Shown here: positions 39,148 to 52,792 of the stretch, one piece after another
Layout: each line of letters begins with the position of its first letter
Position numbering within the stretch: position 1 is the stretch's first letter
Source: Octopus bimaculoides
Taxonomy: Eukaryota
NCBI RefSeq assembly: GCF_001194135.2
Contig: NC_068988.1
Location: 25,554,202 to 25,618,201, forward strand
Length of the DNA: 64,000 nucleotides
Direction of reading: 5' to 3'
The notes under the pieces: generated by a model
What the model saw: the letters and a program-made list of their open reading frames with translations, nothing else
Told to the model about the DNA's origin: nothing
The model's database searches: none
Position numbers and translations under genes: made by a program

Positions 39148-39322
39148 GAATGTTTGGCTAAATACCAGCAAATTTGGGAGAGAGAAAAGTCGATTACATC
39201 GACCCCAGCGTTCAGCTGGTACTTATTTTATCGTCCCCGAAGGATGAAAGATAAAGTCGATCCCGGTGGCATTTGAACCGCTAAGCAATTTGCCCGACAT
39301 GCTAACGGTTCTTCCAATTCCC
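39148..39322 (-). mobile_element. SINE family A copy with an about 24-nt internal deletion
   Basis: agtcgattacatcgaccccagcgttcagctggtacttattttatcgtccccgaaggatgaaagataaagtcga...atttgaac|cgctaagcaatttgcccgacatgctaacg. Confidence 0.88.
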
Positions 39323-39351
39323 CTCTCTACCAATATATATATACATAACAT

Positions 39352-39385
<34 letters not shown>

Positions 39386-39421
39386 ATACACACACTCATA
39401 CACACACACACNNNNNNNNNN

Positions 39422-39460
<39 letters not shown>

Positions 39461-39542
39461 AACTAATTCTTAAACTCTTGGATACATATATGTGTGTGTA
39501 TGTATGCATTGCAGATACATTTCTTTAGCTAGAGATACGAAC

Positions 39543-39858
39543 TGGCATTCCATCGGTTACGATGACACTGGGTTCCGGGTGATCAGCGGAAAGGCCTGCT
39601 CCTGAAACTAACGTGCAAGTGGCTGAGCTCTGCATGAACACGCATACAATTAACGTAGTTTTCGGAAGGATTCAGTCTGACACAGAATGTGACAAGACTA
39701 GCCCTTTGAATTACAAATACTACTCACTTTCACCAGCATATTGAACTGGAAAAACGTGAAAATAAAATGTCATGCTCAAGGACATCGCACGTCGCCAAGA
39801 ATCTAACTCACGACCTTACGTTCGTAAGTCGAATAACCCTAACCACTAAGACACGTAC
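39543..39858 (-). mobile_element. SINE family B (5' module type 2)
   Basis: ggcattccatcggttacgatgac...aacgtgcaagtggctgagc...gacacagaatgtgacaag...tgctcaaggaca...taaccactaag is the reverse complement of the family B layout. Confidence 0.85.
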
Positions 39859-41442
39859 CTTCATCCACAGATATACACATACGTGTGCATGTAAAATTAT
39901 ATGATGGTTGCAGTTAGTAATAGAATTATTGTTAATTATGCTGCCTGTAACTTAAACTTGTTTGAATGTGTGAGTGTTTGCATGTGTGCGTGTAATAATA
40001 TAGATGTTTATGAATGCAAGGATAGATATTTTTGTATTCTTTCAGACTGTGGGACAACATTTAAAAGTGTTGTTCGATTCCAACTATCCCAGCTAAATGT
40101 CAGGTAGTCTATCTTCAGACTTAAAGGCCATCTCCATATATCGAAATAAATCTTCAAATAAATCCAGCTACTCATTGAATTACTGTCTCCTTTTGGCGTA
40201 TTTCTCTTTCTATATGTTCCAGCATCACACGCACACACAATCATATACGTACACAAGAAACAATCTTAAACACACACACACACACGCACGCACATATATG
40301 GAAGCAGGTGTTTCTTATCCTTGTGTGTACTACAAAGAAAATGTGTGCATTTGTGCGTATAAGGGTACGTGTACGTGTTTGTCTGTGTGTCCATGTTTAA
40401 CACGGTTGGTCGTATTTAGTTGCACTTCAATGTGTCTCAAAGTATTTGTGGTTGCATTTCCAGGAGAGCAAAGTATAAATCTCTCTTTTCCATTTGAATC
40501 ATTCTTCCTATAAGCGTAAACAACTTTTACGTGTGTGCGTGTGTATACATACATACATACACAAACACACTCACACACACACACACACACACATACACAC
40601 ACGCACACACACACACACATANNNNNNNNNNNNNNNNNNNNNNNNNNNNNNNNNNNNNNNNNNNNNNNNNNNNNNNNNNNNNNNNNNNNNNNNNNNNNNN
40701 NNNNNNNNNNNNNNNNNNNNNNNNNNNNNNNNNNNNNNNNNNNNNNNNNNNNNNNNNNNNNNNNNNNNNNNNNNNNNNNNNNNNNNNNNNNNNNNNNNNN
40801 NNNNNNNNNNNNNNNNNNNNNNNNNNNNNNNNNNNNNNNNNNNNNNNNNNNNNNNNNNNNNNNNNNNNNNNNNNNNNNNNNNNNNNNNNNNNNNNNNNNN
40901 NNNNNNNNNNNNNNNNNNNNNNNNNNNNNNNNNNNNNNNNNNNNNNNNNNNNNNNNNNNNNNNNNNNNNNNNNNNNNNNNNNNNNNNNNNNNNNNNNNNN
41001 NNNNNNNNNNNNNNNNNNNNNNNNNNNNNNNNNNNNNNNNNNNNNNNNNNNNNNNNNNNNNNNNNNNNNNNNNNNNNNNNNNNNNNNNNNNNNNNNNNNN
41101 NNNNNNNNNNNNNNNNNNNNNNNNNNNNNNNNNNNNNNNNNNNNNNNNNNNNNNNNNNNNNNNNNNNNNNNNNNNNNNNNNNNNNNNNNNNNNNNNNNNN
41201 NNNNNNNNNNNNNNNNNNNNNNNNNNNNNNNNNNNNNNNNNNNNNNNNNNNNNNNNNNNNNNNNNNNNNNNNNNNNNNNNNNNNNNNNNNNNNNNNNNNN
41301 NNNNNNNNNNNNNNNNNNNNNNNNNNNNNNNNNNNNNNNNNNNNNNNNNNNNNNNNNNNNNNNNNNNNNNNNNNNNNNNNNNNNNNNNNNNNNNNNNNNN
41401 NNNNNNNNNNNNNNNNNNNNNNNNNNNNNNNNNNNNNNNNNN

Positions 41443-41478
<36 letters not shown>

Positions 41479-42317
41479 GTGTGTGTGTGTGCGTGTGTAT
41501 ACATAGATAGTGAAACAAACACAGATACACAGACACACACATACGCATACAGCAACGCATACAGATTCATATTAATATATTTCTTTTTTTTTTCTGTGTG
41601 TGTCTTTTGCACATGTCTATACACGCGCCTGTGCATTTGCCGGGATAACATTTAAAAAAATGTCCTATGAAGCGTAAATTCATTTACACATTCAAATATA
41701 AGTGTGTACAGAAAGGATTCTATAGTATCGCAATATTTATTTCAAATGCACTTCTGCAAAATACTTCTCCATATTGTTTGACTGGCAGCATGATACATTT
41801 GACAAGTTACGGTATTTATTCACTCAAAATCGAAGTAAATCTAAGGTCGGTCTCATCACAACCATCCTTATATTTAGATTCGGTGTTAGTTTTCTAAACT
41901 GAAGCTTTTACGTGTTCAATATGGATTTCAGGAGGAGCAGTCTCGTAAATAGTCACTGATCGATTGGTGAACTTGAAACCTCTCTCTGCTGACTCTTCAG
42001 TGACATTAGATCTTAACCTATACTTTTATCGCACTCTACGAAACATTGGCGTTCAACGTGTTATCGGGAACTTCCAAATATATAAAGGTTTCTATTCCTC
42101 AGTGTTGTAATTTATCAGATTTCTCACGTGTCTGGTGCTTTCTCCTCGAACAGAAATCGATTAAATACTATTAGTTTTGGTATGGGCGTTTCAGTATGAT
42201 GGTTTCAGATTACAACGCATCACAATATAGACAATCTGAAACAAAAAGCCGAATTTATTCTCATTTTTATATACATATATGTACACATATACACTCCTAA
42301 GTGTATATACATCTGTG

Positions 42318-42322
<5 letters not shown>

Positions 42323-42408
<86 letters not shown>
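42323..42408. repeat. (TC)n(TA)n compound microsatellite
   Basis: Direct reading. Confidence 0.95.
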
Positions 42409-42411
<3 letters not shown>

Positions 42412-42452
42412 GGTGGAAGTATAGATGTGTACACACATACACACACATATAC

Positions 42453-42490
<38 letters not shown>

Positions 42491-43886
42491 GAATTTTTAT
42501 TGCGCACGTGATTTAGAAAATACAATTCATTACGAGTGTATAAATGTGTGTATGCCTAAACCTGTAATATATAAACATATACGTATGCATATAAATTTAT
42601 ATTTAGATATATTCAATGAAAATACACCGTATTCATGTTTAGAAACACAGAATCGCACATGTATATATAAAAGAAGGTATCTCTCTTATATATAGATACG
42701 TATATGCATGGTATACATACACACACGCGCACGCAAACATGCGTATGTGAGTGTAGGTATGTGTGTATGTATTAAAGGCCCTGTATTCTAAGATATATAT
42801 TTTATCTGAATAAAACGCTAACGAACTGCATTTACCTAGTGAAATAAGTTATTTTATGTTAAGCAATGATTTATGTTCATCTTAAATTGTATTTTATTTA
42901 CTGTAACTACTAAGAACAATGTACACAATCATTCATTATAAGCATTACGAATTATGATGCGCATGCGTAGTTTTTGAAAGATGGATGGTGAAACGTAGTT
43001 ATATGGAGACTCATGAGTGTGTTTTAGTGTGTTTGTTCATATCTTAAAAATACATTTACAAACTCACACATGCACAGACGTACATGTGTGTATGGGTGTG
43101 TGTGTGTATCAACATGTAAGTATACATATACAGAAATATAAATACAGACGCGCACCCACGGAAACATGTAGGTATATATATNNNNNNNNNNCAATCCACG
43201 AAAAGATTATACATAAAAAGATACATGCATGTATGTATGTATATATGTATGTATATTATGTATGTATGTATGTATGTATGTATGTATGTCTAATCTGGTT
43301 GTGGATTGATCTTTTCATAACATGAAACGCATGGTTTGCATCTCGCCCTCGGAAAAACAGCAGTATAAGAAGGGAAAGAGGAAAATATGTCTTTTAGAAT
43401 ATGAACTATTTTTTATGTTCTCTCTTTTTAAGACAATTTGCAGAATACTGAAGCTAGCTTAATTAATTTTTGTTCCGAGTTATGCCGCTCCGACGACAAA
43501 TATGTCTGAGGAATTTTATTTTATTTCACTTATTTAAAAAGAATGAAAAACATATCTAACGAGTATTCTACAAGCAGATTTTTTAACATTGTTTTACGTA
43601 GAAGAGAGTCTATTCCCTTTCATTGTAAGTTCACCTCCAGAGACAAGCCACGCGAATGGTATTATTCTTGTACCTACTGCTGCTTCAGTCAACGAAACTA
43701 AAAAAATTGACTTGGACCTAGAGTAGAACAACCGCACTCTTTGCATTATACTTGTGTATGTGTGTGAAAATATCTGTAGAGCATTAGTCAACACGGTAGC
43801 ATAAATACATACAGGCCTATACGAACCCACATACACTTCGTTATTTTATGCAAACACGAATGTATCCCCACACATATACTAACATA

Positions 43887-43927
<41 letters not shown>

Positions 43928-44501
43928 ATATATACGAATGTTTGTATTCCTCTGTCCCATTTTTGTCTGCGCATGCGCGTTTTTACTACTCTGAATTGAA
44001 ACCAGAAATAGTCATATAATTTTTACATTTGAATTATTACACTCGTCTAGGTATGAATTTGGAAATGTGTAGTCTTGTTATTTATGATTATAAAAAAAAA
44101 AAAGACTTCGTTGTAACAAATATCTAGTATTTTGGTGAAAACAACGGCATTCTACTGGAACAATCTTTGATGTTTATTATGATGCTGTTTTGAAAATACT
44201 TTGGCACGTGTTCAGTCGCTAGACAGCTGTAATCTACCGTGTCAAATTGTCAAGATTAAAACATCAACCAAAATACTACATGTCACAGTTGACTTTAGCA
44301 GCAGAATAAGAACTATAAAGACTCTCAAACGTGATTTGTTATATATATTGTATGTTTATATATTTATACTGTAAAATATCGTAACAAAGCACTGTCTGGT
44401 ATATGCTTGCTCTCAGCCTCTTAGAAACAACTATATTAATAAGGCTATTATCGGTTTGTTTTCGTATTGTAAATAATGCGCAACGCATTTGAACAATATT
44501 A

Positions 44502-44527
44502 TACTACTACTACTACTACTACTACTA

Positions 44528-44605
<78 letters not shown>
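44502..44605. repeat. (ACT)n(AAT)n microsatellite forming the tail of the adjacent minus-strand SINE A
   Basis: Direct reading. Confidence 0.95.
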
Positions 44606-44608
<3 letters not shown>

Positions 44609-44746
44609 CAACGGTTTCAAATTTTTCTACAAGGGCAGTGATTTAGGGGGAGGAGATGAGTCACTTACATCGACCTCATTGTTCAACTGGTACCTATTTT
44701 ATCGACCCCCCCTAAAGGATGAAAGGTAAAGTCAATCTCGGCAGAA
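44609..44746 (-). mobile_element. 5'-truncated SINE family A copy (tail type Y)
   Basis: ggtttcaaatttttctacaagg...ttacatcgacc...caactggtacctattttatcgaccccccctaaaggatgaaaggtaaagtcaatctcggcagaa. Confidence 0.85.
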
Positions 44747-44753
44747 AGCAAAA

Positions 44754-44973
44754 ATAATAATTCTTTCTACTATAGGCGCAAGATGTGAAACTTAGGGGAG
44801 TGGTAAGTCGATTAGATCGATCACAGTACTCAATTGGTACTTAATTTATCGACCCCAAATGGCTGAAAGGCAAAGTCAACCTCGGTGGAGTTTGAACTCA
44901 GAACGTAGCGACGGGCGAAATACCGCTAAGCATTTCGTCCTGTGTGCTAACGATTCTACCAGCTCACCGCCTT
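44754..44973 (-). mobile_element. SINE family A copy, full length (tail type Z)
   Basis: ttctttctactataggcgcaag...ggtacttaatttatcgacccc...gaaaggcaaagtcaacctcggtggagtttgaactcagaacgtagcgacgggcgaaataccgctaagcatttcg...gctaacgattctaccagctcaccgcc. Confidence 0.92.
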
Positions 44974-44985
44974 TCAGTAATAATA

Positions 44986-45087
44986 GTTATAATTTTTTCT
45001 GCTGTAGGTACAAGGCCCGATATTTTGGGGGAGGAGTCCAGTCGATTAGATCGAGCCCTGTACGCAACTGTTATTTAATTTATATCA
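44986..45087 (-). mobile_element. 3' fragment of SINE family A (tail type Z)
   Basis: tttctgctgtaggtacaaggcccgatattttggggg...agtcgattagatcgagccctgtacgcaactg. Confidence 0.8.
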
Positions 45088-45124
45088 AGACAAAACAATG
45101 TACATGTTAAAACTTCCAATCAGT

Positions 45125-45160
45125 TATTATTTATTATTCTTATCATTATCATTATTACTG

Positions 45161-45202
<42 letters not shown>

Positions 45203-45203
45203 C
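45125..45203. repeat. Degenerate (ATT/ATC)n tract
   Basis: Direct reading. Confidence 0.9.
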
Positions 45204-47601
45204 TAACAGTATATCTGACCACCGTAATTTTTGTTTGCTCTTCCCGGTTTGCTTTCTAATTTCTCTGGTGTTTATTACATCTCATTGTTTCAACAGCTGG
45301 AAGGAGCCTCTTGACTGAATTGCTACTCATTGCTGACCATCTTTGTTGCTTTAGGTAGGTTCCAATAATGTGATTTGAAATGGCGGAAAAGACTGTTAAA
45401 CATTCGATTAGTTTGCTATCATATCACACAATTAAAATCGATCGTTAGTTACAGTATGGCAAATAGCTTCAGCAGCCGTCCCAAGACTGAAGCTGATTGC
45501 CTTTGATTTGAAGTAATATTACAATCTATGAACCGAGGAGTCTCTGTCATATTTATAAAGTTATGCTGTGTTTACACTTTGCTGGTTATTACAAACAAAA
45601 CGGAAGATAAATTATGGGACTAGATTTCAGTTAGCGTTACACATATTAAAGACTGGATTTACAATTTCAATCATAATGTGCTATGGAAGTTCATTTGAAA
45701 GAGAAATTAAATCTGAGAATATTATTTAGTCAACCGTACAAATTGAACGCTGATCGAACTGAAAAAAAAATGCTTTTTTTCTATTTTTTCGCAAGTATTT
45801 CGATTTATTAAAGAATATTTCATTTACATAATTACCGAACCGTGCCTGTTTCCAATTACATCGTATTATAGAAAGCGATGAAGATCGATAAATTTAATAT
45901 CAAGTGCTAAGCCCCATATAACTGCCATAACTTAATTCTCTAAATTATTTTCCCGTCACATACAGATAATAAGTTTGAATTGTTTAAATCTGTATGACTA
46001 CTCTACGTGAAATGCTAAATGATTGCTACATATTTAAAGTAACCGCTATATAACAGTGAAGAAAGTATGGTGAATGCAAAATCATTGGTCGAACTTAGAT
46101 TCTCAAATTTCGATGCTAAACGACATGAAACATATTTGAATAATTATAAATTATTCTTGTATTTATATTAGCCAAAGAGATTTAATTGTATATTATGTAC
46201 CTTGCGTAGCCTTTAGCGATTAACTAAGGTTATTTAGGAAAATAAAATCAATTCATTGCTTCAGATACAAACAACACCAATTAGTGTGTTAGTAGTCGTG
46301 AAATAAGGTTTTGATAACATTATTTTGTTACACGTTTATACAAAATATGGAATCCTTAAAGCTGAGTGAATACACGAACGCTTTAAAGGCCAATGATTAA
46401 TATTTGGTTACAAAATAATTATAAAAATAATGTGTTAATGTAATTTGCATGTAATTTATATGGAAAAATGGTACTAAAATTACCTTGAATAATTTCTATT
46501 GTTTCATCTTTTGAACACATTACCAAACATTACTTTTCAAAGAAAATTAACTCATTCACTTCTTAAAGCAGCTACACTGTTCCCATAGAATTTCAGGGCC
46601 TATGAACATGGAGAGAGTAATTATGTTGCTGACTTGAATGTGAATGCGGTAATTATTTTGATTGCCGTCAGCAGATAAAGGGAAATATTTTGTTTGGAAT
46701 GTTCTTATTTAGCACAGGTCAACTTTGTTTCATTAGTGCAGAGTTATGAAGTTGAAAAACATTCCTGTTCGGAGTTAGTTTACTCAGGACTACATTTGTA
46801 ACGTGTCCTTTGAATTCTTAACGTCAAGGAGATAGCTGAAATTTGGCTGATGATTCTAGCAGCTCGAGCAACTACGAATAAGTTGTTTCGAAGTGAATGA
46901 TCAGTTCATGGCACAATGAAAGATATATTACGTTACGGAGGGTTGGTATTTAATTACACATTTTAAATAACAAAATGACAAGCACATAGGAAAGGATCAT
47001 ATGACATATTATTCAAGCCAAGCCAATATGTAAGAGGTCTAGGCGTAGACAGAGGGCAAATGATTCGATGATAACTAGAGTCTCGGTTGGTCACGCTTCG
47101 GAATCCAGTCCCAAACTGTATGATGAATGTTTCTGCTAGGAACCTATAATAAGATGTCTGAGGATCCAGCGGCCATGAATCTCCCGGGAATAGTGGACAG
47201 CAAAAGACGATGGAAAAGTGATGGAAAGATTGATGTCAATGTAGTATTTATGTTATGTGAGGTCTCCACAGTTTCTTAATAAGAATTAGCTTAATGAGTA
47301 TATATGTATATATATANNNNNNNNNNNNNNNNNNNNNNNNNNNNNNNNNNNNNNNNNNNNNNNNNNNNNNNNNNNNNNNNNNNNNNNNNNNNNNNNNNNN
47401 NNNNNNNNNNNNNNNNNNNNNNNNNNNNNNNNNNNNNNNNNNNNNNNNNNNNNNNNNNNNNNNNNNNNNNNNNNNNNNNNNNNNNNNNNNNNNNNNNNNN
47501 NNNNNNNNNNNNNNNNNNNNNNNNNNNNNNNNNNNNNNNNNNNNNNNNNNNNNNNNNNNNNNNNNNNNNNNNNNNNNNNNNNNNNNNNNNNNNNNNNNNN
47601 N

Positions 47602-47642
<41 letters not shown>

Positions 47643-47643
47643 A

Positions 47644-47803
47644 CAAGCTTCTTTCAATTTCTGTCCACCAAAGCCACTCACAAGGATTTGGTCAACCTGA
47701 GGCTACAATGGAAAATATTTGCCCAAGGTGCCACGCAGTGGGGCGGAACTCGGATCCATTTGGCTTGAGAGCAAACTTCTTACCACATAGATACGGCTGC
47801 GCT
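47644..47803 (-). mobile_element. 5' half of SINE family C, ending in (TA)n at N-gap 47317-47601
   Basis: cttctttcaatttctgtccaccaaagccactcacaaggatttggtc...ttgcccaaggtgccacgcagtgggg...cttcttaccaca aligns with 22628-22786. Confidence 0.88.
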
Positions 47804-47821
47804 TATAAATGTGTGCGTATG

Positions 47822-47852
<31 letters not shown>

Positions 47853-48714
47853 ATATCTATCTATCTATCTATCTTCCTACACACACATACACGCATACAT
47901 CTATATATATATTCTTCTGTAGTATTTATGAAATATTTGCCTACGCATATTCAAGTATATGCAAATACGTACATGCACACAAACACACGCGCACTCGCAC
48001 ACGTATGTATGTTGATATACATGGATATACGTAGGCAACTATTTCATAAACATTACTGAAGAATCAATGATTGCGCGGATCACTAGAGTGTATTATTTCC
48101 ATATTGGAACACATTACGGCTTTGAAATACTATTCTTAATATCCAGGTTGTTAATCTAATCTAATGAAAATTATTTCTCGAATAAATACTGATGGCTTTT
48201 AATCACAGCTGCTGCGTTTTGCCTGAAGTAACAGACTAAACAACACAGTTAATAATGTCAGTTAGTTAATGAGTGCTGTCCAAAAGGAATTAGATGCAGA
48301 CAAACAGATTCTTGCTTGACTTGTTTAGGGTCACTTGGTACGGACATGAATAAAACCATTGATTCCAAGAGATTTTCAAAGACGACATATAGAGTAGAAC
48401 ATTTCTAGTAGCAAAGATACGTGATGTTACAATCACACTGACTCACTCATTTATACTCAGATCACATACTCACAGGAATGTGTGTCTGTGTGTATGTGTG
48501 AGCCCGCGCTCCTACATGTTTTGTTTTTCTATATTTATTTTATCATGATGGTTTGTTACCGGCTTCAGACATATAACTGTAACTACTTTCACAGTTTTAG
48601 TTGATCATAGTGCACTGGTACTTACATATAAATCTACTGCCCTCTGCATAATAAGTACGCGAGTTTTCACAGTCTCTCACGATGAATACTATTTCATTTT
48701 GACACGTAATGTGT

Positions 48715-48717
<3 letters not shown>

Positions 48718-48803
<86 letters not shown>
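48718..48803. repeat. (TA)n(GA)n compound microsatellite
   Basis: Direct reading. Confidence 0.95.
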
Positions 48804-48806
<3 letters not shown>

Positions 48807-49652
48807 ATATATGTATGCATACACGTACATACATACACACACGAATCGAAATATTCAAGATTGAGTTAATTTCTTAATACGGTGTGATAATGTCCATCTC
48901 CGTACAGAAATAGTTGGGCATAAATATCAAATATACAAATATAAAGTAACTAGTATGGATGGAGTTTGACACAAATATAATCTGGCTGATATGAGTGAGC
49001 AATGAACCCCTTTCCAATAACGATCATAGAAGACAATATCAATCTGTAACACCAAGACGCAATCATAATATTAAACTGACAAACAGTGCACACGTTTACA
49101 TTTCGGTGATTCAATCATACCGACACGAAGTTCTGGTTAACTATGGGAAAGCATTCATCCCGCCATCTCTTCATATAAGTCCATATGAAAGATGTCTCAT
49201 GACATAAAACAGTGATTGCTTTGAACTGCATATAGTTTCCATACATACATACACGCACACATACATATGTGTGTGTGAGCGCATAAGTGCGTGTGGATAT
49301 TTACTTGTATATGTAGTTGCGCATAACCAAACACACACATACACACACCAACATATCTATATATATTTATATATTTATATATATAAAATTGTGAGTCACA
49401 CATGCACTTATTCAGTACAGCATTAGTTCTTGTAAGCGGGCGAAAATATTTAAACTCTAGGAGTGTGTATGTGTGTGTGTGTGATTACACACACTGGGTG
49501 AGTAGACTAAATGTAACCAGATGTTCGATTGAAAGACATGTTTGTATTATTTTTCTGAAGAAATAAATATCAAAATATTTAACAAAAGGTATTTTACAGG
49601 CCATCTTATGTTAGTAATATGCGTATGTAGGCTTCTGCATTTTTATGAGTAA

Positions 49653-49699
<47 letters not shown>

Positions 49700-49947
49700 N
49701 NNNNNNNNNNNNNNNNNNNNNNNNNNNNNNNNNNNNNNNNNNNNNNNNNNNNNNNNNNNNNNNNNNNNNNNNNNNNNNNNNNNNNNNNNNNNNNNNNNNN
49801 NNNNNNNNNNNNNNNNNNNNNNNNNNNNNNNNNNNNNNNNNNNNNNNNNNNNNNNNNNNNNNNNNNNNNNNNNNNNNNNNNNNNNNNNNNNNNNNNNNNN
49901 NNNNNNNNNNNNNNNNNNNNNNNNNNNNNNNNNNNNNNNNNNNNNNN

Positions 49948-49980
<33 letters not shown>

Positions 49981-52604
49981 GCTTTTACACACTTACTCCC
50001 ACTTCGATGTATTTGGTATGTGTTATTTATTTATTTTGTGTGTGTGAAAAATTGATCCAGCCTGCACAAAAGAATAAATTCGGAAGGCAACTACTGAGAT
50101 GAAAACGAGTACACCAGAATACAATGTGTGTCTTTTATCAAAGACCAGCAATTGACACTTTGCAAGATGTTCCTCGTCAATAATCAGGTAAATGTATAGA
50201 CATCGATTGCTTATTGGCATTTTGCCGAAAGACGGAATTACGCTTCAGTCGTAATGGAGCTGTAAATTAAACTGAGGTTGTATCGCTGTAATTTCAAGAA
50301 AGTGCTGGATGAGTAAATTAATCAAAGACGTTGAAACAATTCGTTTGTATTACTTGCACCAACTTTTCCAATGTGTACTTTAAGAGAGCTGGGTAAAAAT
50401 TTCGATGAATTTTTGCTGCTACTTCTAGCCAGACGAGAAACAGCCTAAATATAAGCATTTATAGGGGTAAAACATCTTTTTAAGTCATAAATGCGTCTGG
50501 TTTTTTCACGCAAAAACAGACATACGAATGTGTGTATCACTCTTTCGCATGTACTTAAATATTTATAAATTGAATAAGCTTCTCAGATGTACAGTGTTGC
50601 AAAAATGTGAAAATTTGCATGAATGCACAATTGCAACAAAATAATTCTGTGCAACATTTCTTTGCTATAAAAATTTCTAGTTCAAACCCTTCCAAACTGA
50701 CACACATATATAAAGAGATGTTTCATACAATCCATTCATTTTTGTGCACTATGAATGTTTATATATATATATATACATGTATGTGTGTGTGCACCCTAAA
50801 TCATGCGCCTCCACTCACACGCTTACACACACACAAACACACACACACACATGCCACACATACATTATTTTTCATAACATAATTAAACGCAATAATGGAT
50901 TCATAGTAACAGCATATTCAAAACAACTATTTTATATGTGACAAAAATATTTCATTCATTATCTCCATTATTTTAATCACCTTTTATTATTCCTAACTAA
51001 ATGATAGTAAATTAATTGTTACCATATTTTAGTAATGGTTATCATATTTAATGAAATGTTGAAATGTTAATGAATTATAATTATATCATGTTTGATGTGC
51101 ATGGTATACTTCTTATAAATTCTGGCCTAGCAAAAGAAATTTAATTTAATATCCAATTCAGTTGAGAGAAAATTTGAAACTTAACAGCAAGGAAAAAAGA
51201 TAGGATTCGTTTTGGATTCATAAGACCTCATCAGTAAGACAATTATGTTGTTACTGTAGATATTAAGATGTTTGGAGAGATGTGTAGGTCAGCCATGAAT
51301 TATGGGTGGCGTGATACTTAAGAAATGAACAGGTGGGAAAATTCAGAGACATATGTTGCATGAAAAATAATTAATAAATAATTGTGATAGTGATTGCAGG
51401 CCTGATAAAATAAGCCGAAACATTAATTAACTATAATTAATTACCATATATCACTTTATCTGAGTAATCGCATTATCTTACTGATTAAGTATCTAGAAAT
51501 GTCGCATTGAAAAGATCCCGAAGTTGTTTCTACTTATTCAGTTTAGAAAATGTTAATATTTGAATTTTCTTTCTACTCCTTCTGAGGAAACGTCTGTTTA
51601 CCTGATGAATTTTAAATTCAATAACAGACAGGTGGAAATTAACTGGAGTCATTGTCAAGGTTTTAGCACAATTCAATCCAAAGAGAAAATCTAGAGTTGA
51701 AATTGTTTATATTACCAATGAAATATCTTGAATTTTTTCTACGTTGCCCTTTATTAAATTGGAAATTGCATATTAATGCCTAGTTGAGTGTGAAGTTGAT
51801 TATGTTCATTTCTTCCTTTCTTTCTAACGGATATTTTGTTTACGTTTTCCAATTAGAATGAAGTGAATAATAATAAATTAATAACATAGGATGGCATGCT
51901 TCAAACTTTCGTAAATTAACCATTCTGTTGAAATTTTTCAGCAAATTCTATATGTTAAAATAAAAATAATAAAATAACTTTACTCGGGATATTGACAGAT
52001 AACCTTTCAATAAATAAATCTTATTTAATATTTGTCATTTCAATGTATATAAAATAGAAAGACCCAATAGCGACGTTCTGTTTTAGAAAGGTTTGTTTAG
52101 TTTTCCTTGAGTAAATTTAATTTAAGTCCAGCAATTGAAATATCCTCAATGGGGAATGCTGTTAAATACTGTAAACAAACTGTCAGCTAAAAATGAAGCA
52201 GTAATTATAAATATATATTATTGAAACTGATGCAATAAATGGGATGTTACGTTTAAAATAAATAGCTCAGGAGGTAAAGTTGTATCATGTATCAATAAAT
52301 ATGTTCGACAAAGCGGCACGCGTCATATTTAACGGATTTAAGAATAAATCTGTGAAATATCTCGCATTTAATATATAATTAGCTTTGAAAACATTTAGGA
52401 AACAATGTTAATACAGACAACTGTATGAGGGGGAAATGAAATTTATACAAAAAATTTTCAAAATGTATTTTTATTATGTACTACGTGGCTGGTAAGTAAT
52501 TAATTCTACGTTTGTAGACACATCCCATTTTGCAGAGTGTGCATTGTGAATTTCATGCACATACACACAAACATATATACATATAAATATGCATATTAAT
52601 ATAC

Positions 52605-52645
<41 letters not shown>

Positions 52646-52792
52646 NNNNNNNNNNGGGTATTGGATTTAACCAAACCCAAAAGGATACAGGTAATACCGA
52701 GTAAGTGCTGTATACAGACTAGTTTGCCCCAGTCGTTGTATGAACAGGATTGGGGATTATAAGTCGTGTATTAGCGTGTGTATGTGTAAATT

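Noticed and set aside
41700-42030. Protein-like minus-strand frame (RSNVTEESAERGFKFTNRSVTIYETAPPE...KDGCDETD)
   Set aside because: Interrupted by several in-frame stops and no family recognised.
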